Of a stretch of DNA of 32,000 bases, positions 7,500-15,244 are shown in pieces. Both the position numbers and the translations under genes were made by a program. Under the pieces are notes generated by a model. The model had not been told where the DNA came from, did no database searches, and was given only the letters and a program-made list of their open reading frames with translations. This DNA comes from Nostoc punctiforme PCC 73102 (lineage in GTDB: Bacteria > Cyanobacteriota > Cyanobacteriia > Cyanobacteriales > Nostocaceae): the NCBI RefSeq assembly GCF_000020025.1, contig NC_010628.1, positions 1,860,001-1,892,000 of the forward strand, in the 5' to 3' direction. Position 1 is the stretch's first letter, and each line of letters begins with the position of its first letter.

Positions 7500-9785
7500 A
7501 TGGAAAATGACGCGGCAACGCTCTACTGTCCAAACGAAAATTGTCAGGCTGCCAACCCCCTGACTCACAAGTTTTGCCAGCGATGTTCCACGCCCTTACC
7601 CAAAAATTATCTCTGGGCTGTGGTAGATGGCCCAAGTGTGGGTAGCCCTGGAGAAATATTAGCCGATCGCTATTTAGTCGTTGATAAATTTATTCTTTTA
7701 GACACGAAACCTGGTTTCTTAGCGCTAACACCTGAGTTAGAGAATTTACAGCCTCTAAGAGCTTACCTGAGACTCATTCCCTATCGCTTACATGTACCAC
7801 AGGTATATGGAGTGATTTTTATAGCTGACGGATCTTCTCATGAAAGAGAAATATTACTCTTAGAAAAACCGCCACTATTTAAACCGCCACTATTAGTAGA
7901 TGACACAATCCAAGTGTATTTGGGCAGCGAGTTAACCACCGCTTGGCGTGATGCAACATCGATGCGCCAACTCAATTGGTTATGGCAAATAGCTCATCTG
8001 TGGCAACCTCTGGCAAGTGAAGGTGTCGCTTCTAGCTTGCTTGACTCATCTGTATTACGGGTAGAAGGATCGTTAGTCCGGTTGTTGGATTTGCGTTTCG
8101 ACAGCGAAATATCACCAGAATTGCCACAGTTAGGTGAATTTTGGCAGCAATTGGTACATGAAGCCAAACCAGCCATAACTGAATTTGTTGAGCAGGTTAG
8201 CCTTTCCTTAATTCAGGGAGAGATTAACTCAACTGACCAATTGATTACAGTTTTAGACCAGGGACTGGCACAATTAGGGCGATCGCAAACGCCCACGATC
8301 AAAATTATCACCAAAACTGACACTGGCCCAAGTCGCCAACGCAACGAAGATGCCTGTAGCCCTCCCAGTGGAACTCTGATCAGCAAACCACCCCAGCCAA
8401 CGGCTTTAGCAATCGTCTGTGATGGCATCGGTGGCCACGAAGGTGGCAATGTCGCCTCAAATTTAGCCATTGAAACGATCCAGCAGCAGGTACAGCAACT
8501 AACAAAAGTTCCCTACGACCACATAGACCCCTCACTACTGCTTAATGACCTAGAAAAAGCAGTGGCAATTGCCAATGACAAAATTAGTCAGCGCAATGAC
8601 AGTGAAAATCGCCAAGGGCGGCAGCGTATGGGCACGACTTTAGTCATGGCATTGCCTGTTGCACACGAAATGTACATTACCCATGTAGGTGATAGTCGTG
8701 CTTACTGGATTACCCGCCAAGGCTGTTATCAAGTTACCCTTGATGATGATGTCGCTTCCCGTGAGGTGCGGCTAGGCTATGCCATTTACCGCGATGCTGT
8801 ACAACAAAGTTCTGCTGGCTCTCTCGTCCAGGCTTTGGGTATGGGGCCCAGCACTTCACTGCATCCCACATCGGCACGGTTTATGCTCGACGAAGATGCT
8901 ATTTTTCTGCTCACATCCGATGGTTTGAGTGATTTTGATCGGGTGGAGGAATACTGGGAAACAGAAATTTTGCCGATTCTACTTGGGGAAGGAAACATCG
9001 CCAATGTTGCCGATAGATTAATCGAAATTGCTAATACTAAAAACGGACACGATAATGTCACCATCGCTTTAGTCCATTATCAAGTCCAATACTGGGAACC
9101 AGAAATTACCATCAAAGCTTTCATTCCAGAGAGTTATTCTGCCAAAACTGTTGATTTTGCATCCAGGGCAGCAGATGCAAGCCTTTTAGGTAGCCCAAAC
9201 CACAAAACTCAGGTGATTCCCGATACTGAGCCTGCTAAAAATCGCCAATTACCGCTACAGTGGATTGTTCCTTTAATATTTGTGGTGATAGCGGGCTCTT
9301 TAGGATTGTTCGTGAAGGAATTGCGATCGCCATCAGGCTTATTTCCATTTCTTCCCAATCCCACACCAACTCAAAAGCCTACCACCCAAGCAACACCCAC
9401 AGCGCGATCGCTTGATAACCTTTCTCCTGGCTGGGTAATTCAAACCAACAAGGAAATCCCCTTGAGAAATAAACCATCGCTTCCCCCTGGAGCATTTTTA
9501 CAAGTTATCAACACAAATCCAAATCCAAAATCTGGTTCTGGAAATCTTTCGGTTTCTATGCGAGTCTGTCCAAGTAAAAACACGCCAACTCCAGCTAATA
9601 CTAATAAACCAGCAGTAACTTCCTCAATTCCACCCAATTTGAAACCTTTACCGGAAACAGTATTGCTGGAGTTATCCCAACTAAAAAGCTTTGGTGTATC
9701 TGTTTTACAATCAGATGTACCAAATCCCTGTGCAACCGTCACGCAACCGCCAGCTACTCCATCAGCTGACACCAGTCCAACTTAA
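7500..9785 (+). CDS. Membrane-anchored PP2C-family Ser/Thr phosphatase with N-terminal zinc ribbon and a degenerate kinase-like region
   Basis: 761 aa. The zinc ribbon is CPNENCQAANPLTHKFCQRC (aa 10-29). The PP2C motifs are intact: IVCDGIGGHEGG, MGTTLVMA, ITHVGDSRAYW, LLTSDGLSD and NGHDNVTIALV (aa ~267-527). One TM helix (LPLQWIVPLIFVVIAGSLGLFV, aa ~585-605) is followed by a Pro/Thr/Asn-rich tail. Confidence 0.9.
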   Translation: MENDAATLYCPNENCQAANPLTHKFCQRCSTPLPKNYLWAVVDGPSVGSPGEILADRYLVVDKFILLDTKPGFLALTPELENLQPLRAYLRLIPYRLHVPQVYGVIFIADGSSHEREILLLEKPPLFKPPLLVDDTIQVYLGSELTTAWRDATSMRQLNWLWQIAHLWQPLASEGVASSLLDSSVLRVEGSLVRLLDLRFDSEISPELPQLGEFWQQLVHEAKPAITEFVEQVSLSLIQGEINSTDQLITVLDQGLAQLGRSQTPTIKIITKTDTGPSRQRNEDACSPPSGTLISKPPQPTALAIVCDGIGGHEGGNVASNLAIETIQQQVQQLTKVPYDHIDPSLLLNDLEKAVAIANDKISQRNDSENRQGRQRMGTTLVMALPVAHEMYITHVGDSRAYWITRQGCYQVTLDDDVASREVRLGYAIYRDAVQQSSAGSLVQALGMGPSTSLHPTSARFMLDEDAIFLLTSDGLSDFDRVEEYWETEILPILLGEGNIANVADRLIEIANTKNGHDNVTIALVHYQVQYWEPEITIKAFIPESYSAKTVDFASRAADASLLGSPNHKTQVIPDTEPAKNRQLPLQWIVPLIFVVIAGSLGLFVKELRSPSGLFPFLPNPTPTQKPTTQATPTARSLDNLSPGWVIQTNKEIPLRNKPSLPPGAFLQVINTNPNPKSGSGNLSVSMRVCPSKNTPTPANTNKPAVTSSIPPNLKPLPETVLLELSQLKSFGVSVLQSDVPNPCATVTQPPATPSADTSPT

Positions 9786-9910
9786 TCAAATACTCGATAA
9801 ACTGGTAAAAACCTGGAATAATAACAAGTAACAATCAAAGTAAAAAACTTACAAGGTCAAAAAATAGAAAATTTTCACCTTGAAGAATTGTTATTTTAAA
9901 TTATCAAGAA

Positions 9911-10025
9911 AGGCAGGAGGACGTTCGGCGATCGCTCAGTCGAGCCGCAGAGGGCAGTTCTTCCTGGAGGAAAACTACCTGATGTTCGTAGACTCGCTAC
10001 CACTGCGCTACCCTACCTCCTGCCT
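9911..10025. repeat. 115-bp MITE-like element bounded by perfect 10-bp terminal inverted repeats
   Basis: AGGCAGGAGG (9911-9920) and CCTCCTGCCT (10016-10025) are exact reverse complements. The interior carries a HIP1 site and a CCGCAGAGG motif shared with other repeats in the window. The same AGGCAGGA arm forms the hairpin at 31751-31770. ORF 9880-10074 is just its translation. Confidence 0.5.
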
Positions 10026-10061
10026 CCTTCCATTGTTTTTAGCTTTTAATTTTATGAATCC

Positions 10062-11642
10062 ATGCCATCCCTGAATTTGGCGATCGCCCGTCTCTTAAAC
10101 ACTGGCACTGACAACTTCGCCATTTGGGTGGTCAAGGCTCCCTATCCCAGTGGCTACGTTTTACGTGACTGTGTATGGCCTGTTGAACTCAATCAAGTTT
10201 GGCAAGAATGGCAGCAGATGTTTGCTGGCCATAGTCAGCTAGATATTTCCCCAAACTCAACATCTCAAAAGTCGAACCAATTCTCCATAGATTGGATTTC
10301 GCCCCCTTCTGGTCAAACCACTGGGCCTTACAGCAGTCGTCTGATGCAATACTTGGGAATGAATTTATGGCGCTGGGTATTTGACGGGCAAATTCTCGGT
10401 AGTCTAGAACGCAGTCGCGGGATTGCTATGGGTCAGCATACACGTTTGCGCTTTCGGCTAGAAATTCGTGAGCCGGATCTCATCGCTCTGCCTTGGGAAA
10501 TTATGCAGCGTGAGCCTGGCCAATCGGCAATGTCTCTCTCCCAAGATTTGCTATTTAGTCGTACCAGCAGTGAAGTTGACCCATTACCGTATTTGCGAAC
10601 TGACCAAGCTTTAAGTATTTTGCTCGTTTTAGGTCATGATGAAAAGCTGCAACTAGAACAAGAAGCGGCTATTTTACAGCAAAGTCTTGTAGATACACCT
10701 GTGGGTGGTAATTCTCAAAGATATGCACCTTGTATAGTAAATAAACTTATACAACCAACTCCACAAGAGTTGATTCAAGAATTAGAAACCAAAGCATACA
10801 ACGTTTTCTTTTACGCTGGACATGGTTTGCCAGGAGCAGACGGAGGATTACTGTTTTTACGACCAGATATGCCCCTGAATGGGATCGAATTGGCGCAAGT
10901 ATTGACCCGTACAGGTGTGAAACTAGCACTTTTCAATGCCTGTTGGGGCGCACAACCAGCTGCTATCAATCATCAAGCCATACCTGCCAGTAGTTTAGCC
11001 GAAGTACTAATTCGTCATGGTGTGCCTGCTGTTTTGGGGATGCGCGATGAAATCGCCGATCGCGAAAGCCACAGTTTTATTCAAGCGTTTACCGAAGCTT
11101 TGCGATCGCACAAACCCATAGATGAAGCCGTATCACTGGCTAGACAAGAGTTATTAACACTGTATAAATTTAATCAACCAGCTTGGACTTTACCTGTTCT
11201 CTACCTGCATCCAGATTTTAATGGCGAACTCATTAAGAATCTAGATGAAGGTATTACCGAACTGCCAGACACAGCCATTCCTGATGTCGGTTCACCGCTT
11301 CCGACTGCTTCGTTGCGATCGCTCACTCCAAAAGGTAAAACCTGGTTGTTGCGTTATGGAGTCACCCGCATCGGCCGCACGAAAGATAATGATATTGTCA
11401 TCGCCGAACCATCTGTATCCAAACGCCACGCCGAAATCTTCTGCCGTAATACTCTTACTGATGCTACATTGGTGCGAACTTATTATTTGCAAGATTTTTC
11501 CACATACGGTACAACCTGGTTTTTAGGCCCTAATGGATGGCAACAAATCCTCCGAGAGGAAGTACCACTGAAATCGGGAATGCAGTTAAAGTTTGGAAGT
11601 GCTAGAGGCGAAACCTGGGAGTTTATTATTGAAGACTCCTAG
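10062..11642 (+). CDS. CHAT-domain (caspase-fold) protease with C-terminal FHA domain
   Basis: 526 aa. CHAT hallmarks are present: RLRFRLEI..PDLIALPWEIM, the catalytic His in FFYAGHG (His254, 10821-10823) and the catalytic Cys in LALFNACWG (Cys294, 10941-10943). The FHA domain spans aa ~427-512: TRIGRTKDNDIVI, SVSKRHAEI, then STYGT where STNGT is expected. Confidence 0.85.
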   Translation: MPSLNLAIARLLNTGTDNFAIWVVKAPYPSGYVLRDCVWPVELNQVWQEWQQMFAGHSQLDISPNSTSQKSNQFSIDWISPPSGQTTGPYSSRLMQYLGMNLWRWVFDGQILGSLERSRGIAMGQHTRLRFRLEIREPDLIALPWEIMQREPGQSAMSLSQDLLFSRTSSEVDPLPYLRTDQALSILLVLGHDEKLQLEQEAAILQQSLVDTPVGGNSQRYAPCIVNKLIQPTPQELIQELETKAYNVFFYAGHGLPGADGGLLFLRPDMPLNGIELAQVLTRTGVKLALFNACWGAQPAAINHQAIPASSLAEVLIRHGVPAVLGMRDEIADRESHSFIQAFTEALRSHKPIDEAVSLARQELLTLYKFNQPAWTLPVLYLHPDFNGELIKNLDEGITELPDTAIPDVGSPLPTASLRSLTPKGKTWLLRYGVTRIGRTKDNDIVIAEPSVSKRHAEIFCRNTLTDATLVRTYYLQDFSTYGTTWFLGPNGWQQILREEVPLKSGMQLKFGSARGETWEFIIEDS

Positions 11643-11789
11643 TATAGCTATTGCAGAAATGGATTTTCATGTTTAACATCAGCTTTTAAAATCTATTTTT
11701 TCCAGAGAAAAAATCAACTGTTTTTGCGGAAATCTCTTGTGAGGAATTGTAGTTGTCAATACCACCAAATAATCGGGAGAAAATAAAAA

Positions 11790-12437
11790 ATGGCTAAAAA
11801 AATTAACGGCTCAGACACCTTCTCTTCTTCGCCATCTCAAGTAGATTTAGATTTATTAGAAGCACTACTAGAACCAGACGATGCTACCTATCCCTGGAAT
11901 CCAGCTGATGAAGAATCAGAAGCTTATTTTCATGAATTAGAACAACAGTTCGGAATGCAAGATTTGCTTGAGGAAGAACTGACAACGCGATCGCAAGATT
12001 TTTATAACAATCTAGACACACTTTGGTCTAATATCTCCCTTACGTCAAGCTATAATAACAATCCCCAACAGGCACTAGTGCTGAATCTTCAAGAAACACT
12101 ACGTAATACTTTTGCCGCCTGTGTCCCCCAAACATTGCTCAATACCATCGCCCAGAAAGCTGCTGAGATTTTTGCTGTCCAGCAATCAATGGGTGAACAA
12201 CTAGTTGAGTGCGTTCAGACAGTTTTACCAACTTGGGGAACTGAGGATCTTTTAGTTTTAGCTCGTCCTTTTGCTTACGCTATGCGAAGTAGCGAATCGA
12301 AAAACGCGGCATCTGCCATAAGTAATCTTAACAATAGCGAGTGGACAGCTTTATCAGAAGTAGAAAAAGCAAAGGTCACTTTAGCGATCGCTTCTTATGC
12401 TTTTACTCAACTCAACCAGTCTCAGTCTGAACTATAA
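11790..12437 (+). CDS. Acidic protein of unknown function
   Basis: 215-aa ORF preceded by a GGGAGA Shine-Dalgarno-like motif. The N-terminal half is very acidic (DLDLLEALLEPDDATYPWNPADEESEAYFHELEQQFGMQDLLEEEL). I recognise no domain. It is on the same strand as, and immediately after, the CHAT-FHA gene. Confidence 0.6.
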   Translation: MAKKINGSDTFSSSPSQVDLDLLEALLEPDDATYPWNPADEESEAYFHELEQQFGMQDLLEEELTTRSQDFYNNLDTLWSNISLTSSYNNNPQQALVLNLQETLRNTFAACVPQTLLNTIAQKAAEIFAVQQSMGEQLVECVQTVLPTWGTEDLLVLARPFAYAMRSSESKNAASAISNLNNSEWTALSEVEKAKVTLAIASYAFTQLNQSQSEL

Positions 12438-12779
12438 AATCGGGAATAAGTGACAGTTGATCGGTAACGGGCAATAGAAAAAGTAGAGAAAGCCAAAATT
12501 TTCATCATCCGCTGTGTTCGCATAGCCCACGCTTTGTAATCGCTATACGTTTAGAGTCATCTCTTGCAAAGATGTTGATTTACATTCCGCAGAGGCGCAA
12601 AAAAAGAATCGAAAATCAAGACTTTTGCAAGAAGTTTAATGATTTTTATTTTTTAGGCATAGTTATCCCAGAGTAAATTTACGGTATGCTTATTTTCTAA
12701 CTAGGCCATCTATCCAAAGATATAAATATTCAAATTATTCCCTTGCTCCTCTGCTCCCTGATTCCAGTTTCTTCATCTC

Positions 12780-14150
12780 TTATTTTGGGCCGAGAAATCG
12801 GGTAGCGAAATTTTGCGATCGCGTAGGTGATAGCGCCCGTGCCTTGAGAATTGCCGCCATCAAAAAGGCGTAAGATAACACCCCAACAACTACCAACAGC
12901 AAGGCATTGATAGATCCTGTCGCATTCCACAGAGCGTGGAGTGCAGCAGCACTAAGATAACCAATAGAAAGAATTTGCCAACTTCTACTGGGCTTGAGAA
13001 CAGCCAATCCGATAAAATAGCCCAGGTAGCCACTATAAGCCATGTGTCCTGCTACAGAGCCTAAAATTCTCGGAATTAGCAGTTGTAAACCCGCTAGTTG
13101 ACCAGCAGCGCCTATGCCTACCTGTTGTGCAATATCGGGCACATATTGTCCAAGAGTTTCCAATAGAGTGAAGCCTACAGCAGAAGCCGTTCCCAGGAGA
13201 ATACCATCTAGGGGTTCCCAAACGCCGATCTTTTCCCGCCAAGGTGAAGATAACATTCTACCAATGGCAAACGCCCCTAACACAGGTAATGCCTTGAGTA
13301 ATTCCTCCATCAACCCAGCACCAAAAAACATCCGTACCAGTAACTCTGTGAAGGTGGTCGATTCTTGGGGTGAGGGCAAGTTTCCAGGAAGAATACCGCG
13401 AAACACGAAAATAAATAGATCCAACAGTGGACTGAGTAAAATCAACGTTGTACTCAATGCCGCAGCCATTAGCACCCACCAAGGCTTCTGTTTACCGCAA
13501 AGTTGGTAAACAAAATAGTAGGCAGCGAAGGCGATATAAGTTGCAACGATAATTTGATTAGCTTGGGGCTGACCGACTGTAGCAAACATTAACACTACAA
13601 AGATTACGGTCAGTATTCCCGGTACAAGGTAAGCTTTTCGAGTTAAATCTTTACCAGTGGAAATAATAGGGAAAAGCTGAGTGAAGCTAACAGAATCTGG
13701 CTGCTTTAATTGGGTGTGGCCGTGGTAATTTGTTGCCGAAGGTAATGGTGTAACTTGGTTAACTGTTGTGGCCGGGGCTTGGTAAGTAAATTCGTACTCA
13801 AAAACGTATTGCGGACCATCAGCACCTAGAGAAATGCGATCGCCTGGGTGCAATTCCTGACATTCATACAAGCGTTGTCCATTCAAATAAGTGCCATTAG
13901 CACTATTTAAATCACAAAGTACCCAGCTGAATTTGCTATCTGGCGATAAAGAGAGGGGACGAACCACCGCATGACGACGAGATACCATCCGGTACATCAT
14001 GGCATCCAAGACAACTTGGCAGCTGGGGTCGCGTCCAATTACCATCTCTTTGCTGGGGGGCAGCGAGTAGCGAGATTCTGATCCAGAAGCTGCCCCATTA
14101 CCAGACACTAGCCGCAGAAATGCATTATGTCTTGCGTTTTTGCCTGTCAT
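12780..14150 (-). CDS. FHA domain fused to a PrsW-type multi-pass intramembrane protease
   Basis: 456 aa. The N-terminal FHA domain is canonical (MVIGRDPSCQVVL, VSRRHAVV, DLNSANGTYLNG, GDRISLG). A linker and about 7 hydrophobic helices follow, carrying the PrsW/CAAX-protease-like motifs EELLK (aa 282-286), FTLLE (327-331) and HALWN (405-409). Confidence 0.85.
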   Translation of the reverse strand: MTGKNARHNAFLRLVSGNGAASGSESRYSLPPSKEMVIGRDPSCQVVLDAMMYRMVSRRHAVVRPLSLSPDSKFSWVLCDLNSANGTYLNGQRLYECQELHPGDRISLGADGPQYVFEYEFTYQAPATTVNQVTPLPSATNYHGHTQLKQPDSVSFTQLFPIISTGKDLTRKAYLVPGILTVIFVVLMFATVGQPQANQIIVATYIAFAAYYFVYQLCGKQKPWWVLMAAALSTTLILLSPLLDLFIFVFRGILPGNLPSPQESTTFTELLVRMFFGAGLMEELLKALPVLGAFAIGRMLSSPWREKIGVWEPLDGILLGTASAVGFTLLETLGQYVPDIAQQVGIGAAGQLAGLQLLIPRILGSVAGHMAYSGYLGYFIGLAVLKPSRSWQILSIGYLSAAALHALWNATGSINALLLVVVGVLSYAFLMAAILKARALSPTRSQNFATRFLGPK

Positions 14151-14544
14151 CGAGTTAGTGTGCGTTTCTAAACTAATTCTTCTTCATATAATTTGGCAGC
14201 AGGACTAACCTTAGCCACATTAACAGCAGCATTGCTAAATCCACTATAGCTTCACTTACTGCTAAGAAATTTAAAATTCTAGAAGGGAAATTTCAAATTG
14301 TTTCACCTAATGTTAATAAGTATTCCATGTACTGAGAGTTTGTCCTAAATGGGCTTGTCATGCGGATGAATCAGACTATATGATTTGTCTGCTTTTGACA
14401 TCCTAGCGGTAAATTTCATCCAAAGCAATTTATCAAAAAACAGTAATTTTTACTGCATTTAGTTTCATTTAGAAAATATATAATTTCTGGTGGTCTATTG
14501 CGAGCTGTATGATCTTCTTCCAAAGAGACAGGCTAGCGCTTTTC

Positions 14545-14631
14545 CTTCTCTACGAGAGGCTGCGCCCTAAGCGGAGCTATGCCGAAGGCTTTACGGAACG
14601 CTCTGCGAACGCAAAGCGTCTTGTAAAGAAG
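14545..14631. repeat. Small dispersed repeat (SDR-like hairpin element), copy A
   Basis: CTTCTCTACGAGAGGCTGCGCCCTAAGCGGAGCTATGC (14545-14582) matches the reverse complement of 28232-28269 at 37 of 38 positions. The ends CTTCTCTACG and CGTCTTGTAAAGAAG form imperfect terminal inverted repeats. Confidence 0.6.
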
Positions 14632-14796
14632 GGAGTTTCCCCATGAGTAACTGGCGTTAGCACGGTAGCGAGTACTCGAACGTTTGTAGGAGCGTCACCT
14701 GAAAGGTCAGCTGTTTTTGCCACAGTTTATTTGAAGCAGGGAGTAGGTAAAGAAACTACCCTGAATATCCCCCCAAAAGATTTTCGGTGTGTTGGC

Positions 14797-15036
14797 TCAA
14801 ATAACTGTAGCCAGTTCTGGGTGTTCAATCTTGGTTCCAAGTACTATCAGGAATTCTGCCAGCCAACGGGGGTGAGCAGGCCAAGCCGGTGCTGTCACCA
14901 AATTACCATCAACTATTGCCTCATCAACAGGGATATCAACATAAACCCCTCCAGCACTCTTGACATCTGGACTACAAGTAGGGTAGCCAGTGCATCTCTT
15001 CCCTTGCAGTACATCAGCAGTTGCTAATAACTGTAA
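14797..15036 (-). pseudogene. 3' fragment of a DJ-1/PfpI-family (type-1 glutamine-amidotransferase-like) gene
   Basis: The minus-strand frame has no start codon, so it is missing from the ORF track. It reads (C)LQLLATADVLQGKRCTGYPTCSPDVKSAGGVYVDIPVDEAIVDGNLVTAPAWPAHPRWLAEFLIVLGTKIEHPELATVI* with the stop at 14799-14797. This is the C-terminal third of DJ-1/PfpI proteins. The nucleophile-elbow region and everything upstream are replaced by unrelated AT-rich DNA. Confidence 0.6.
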
Positions 15037-15244
15037 GCACCTCCACCTATTAGTTAATAGTCAATAGTCTAGAATCAATATTTATCAATTGTTTATAAAA
15101 TAAATATTAATTTAGAGTTGAGTCTATTAGGCATGAGCAGATGCACGAATTTTTGACACATTACAGCAATAATTCTGCGGTAATGTATCATTTCATGGTG
15201 GCAAGTTAACAAAGTGTAATGTACCGAACACATTTGTTCTGTAA

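Noticed and set aside
9606-9785. The Thr-rich C-terminal tail of the PP2C protein as a phospho-ligand for the neighbouring FHA domains
   Set aside because: The single TM helix places this tail on the opposite side of the membrane from the cytosolic PP2C and FHA domains. Cytoplasmic phosphorylation and FHA binding of the tail are therefore unlikely.
9880-10074. 64-aa ORF between the PP2C and CHAT-FHA genes
   Set aside because: It is a translation of the TIR-bounded repeat element. It overlaps the CHAT-FHA start and has no ribosome-binding context.
12730-12930. 66-aa minus-strand ORF overlapping the 3' end of the FHA-PrsW gene
   Set aside because: It is in an alternative frame of a well-supported gene and extends into a dispersed repeat.
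14450-14720. Possible tRNA or structured ncRNA in the GC-richer patch upstream of the FHA-PrsW gene
   Set aside because: No cloverleaf could be built. The sequence is accounted for by SDR-like dispersed repeats shared with 28202-28270 and 30347-30390.
14731-15027. 98-aa plus-strand ORF from the track
   Set aside because: It is the antisense shadow of the DJ-1/PfpI fragment on the minus strand. Its own translation has no recognisable features.
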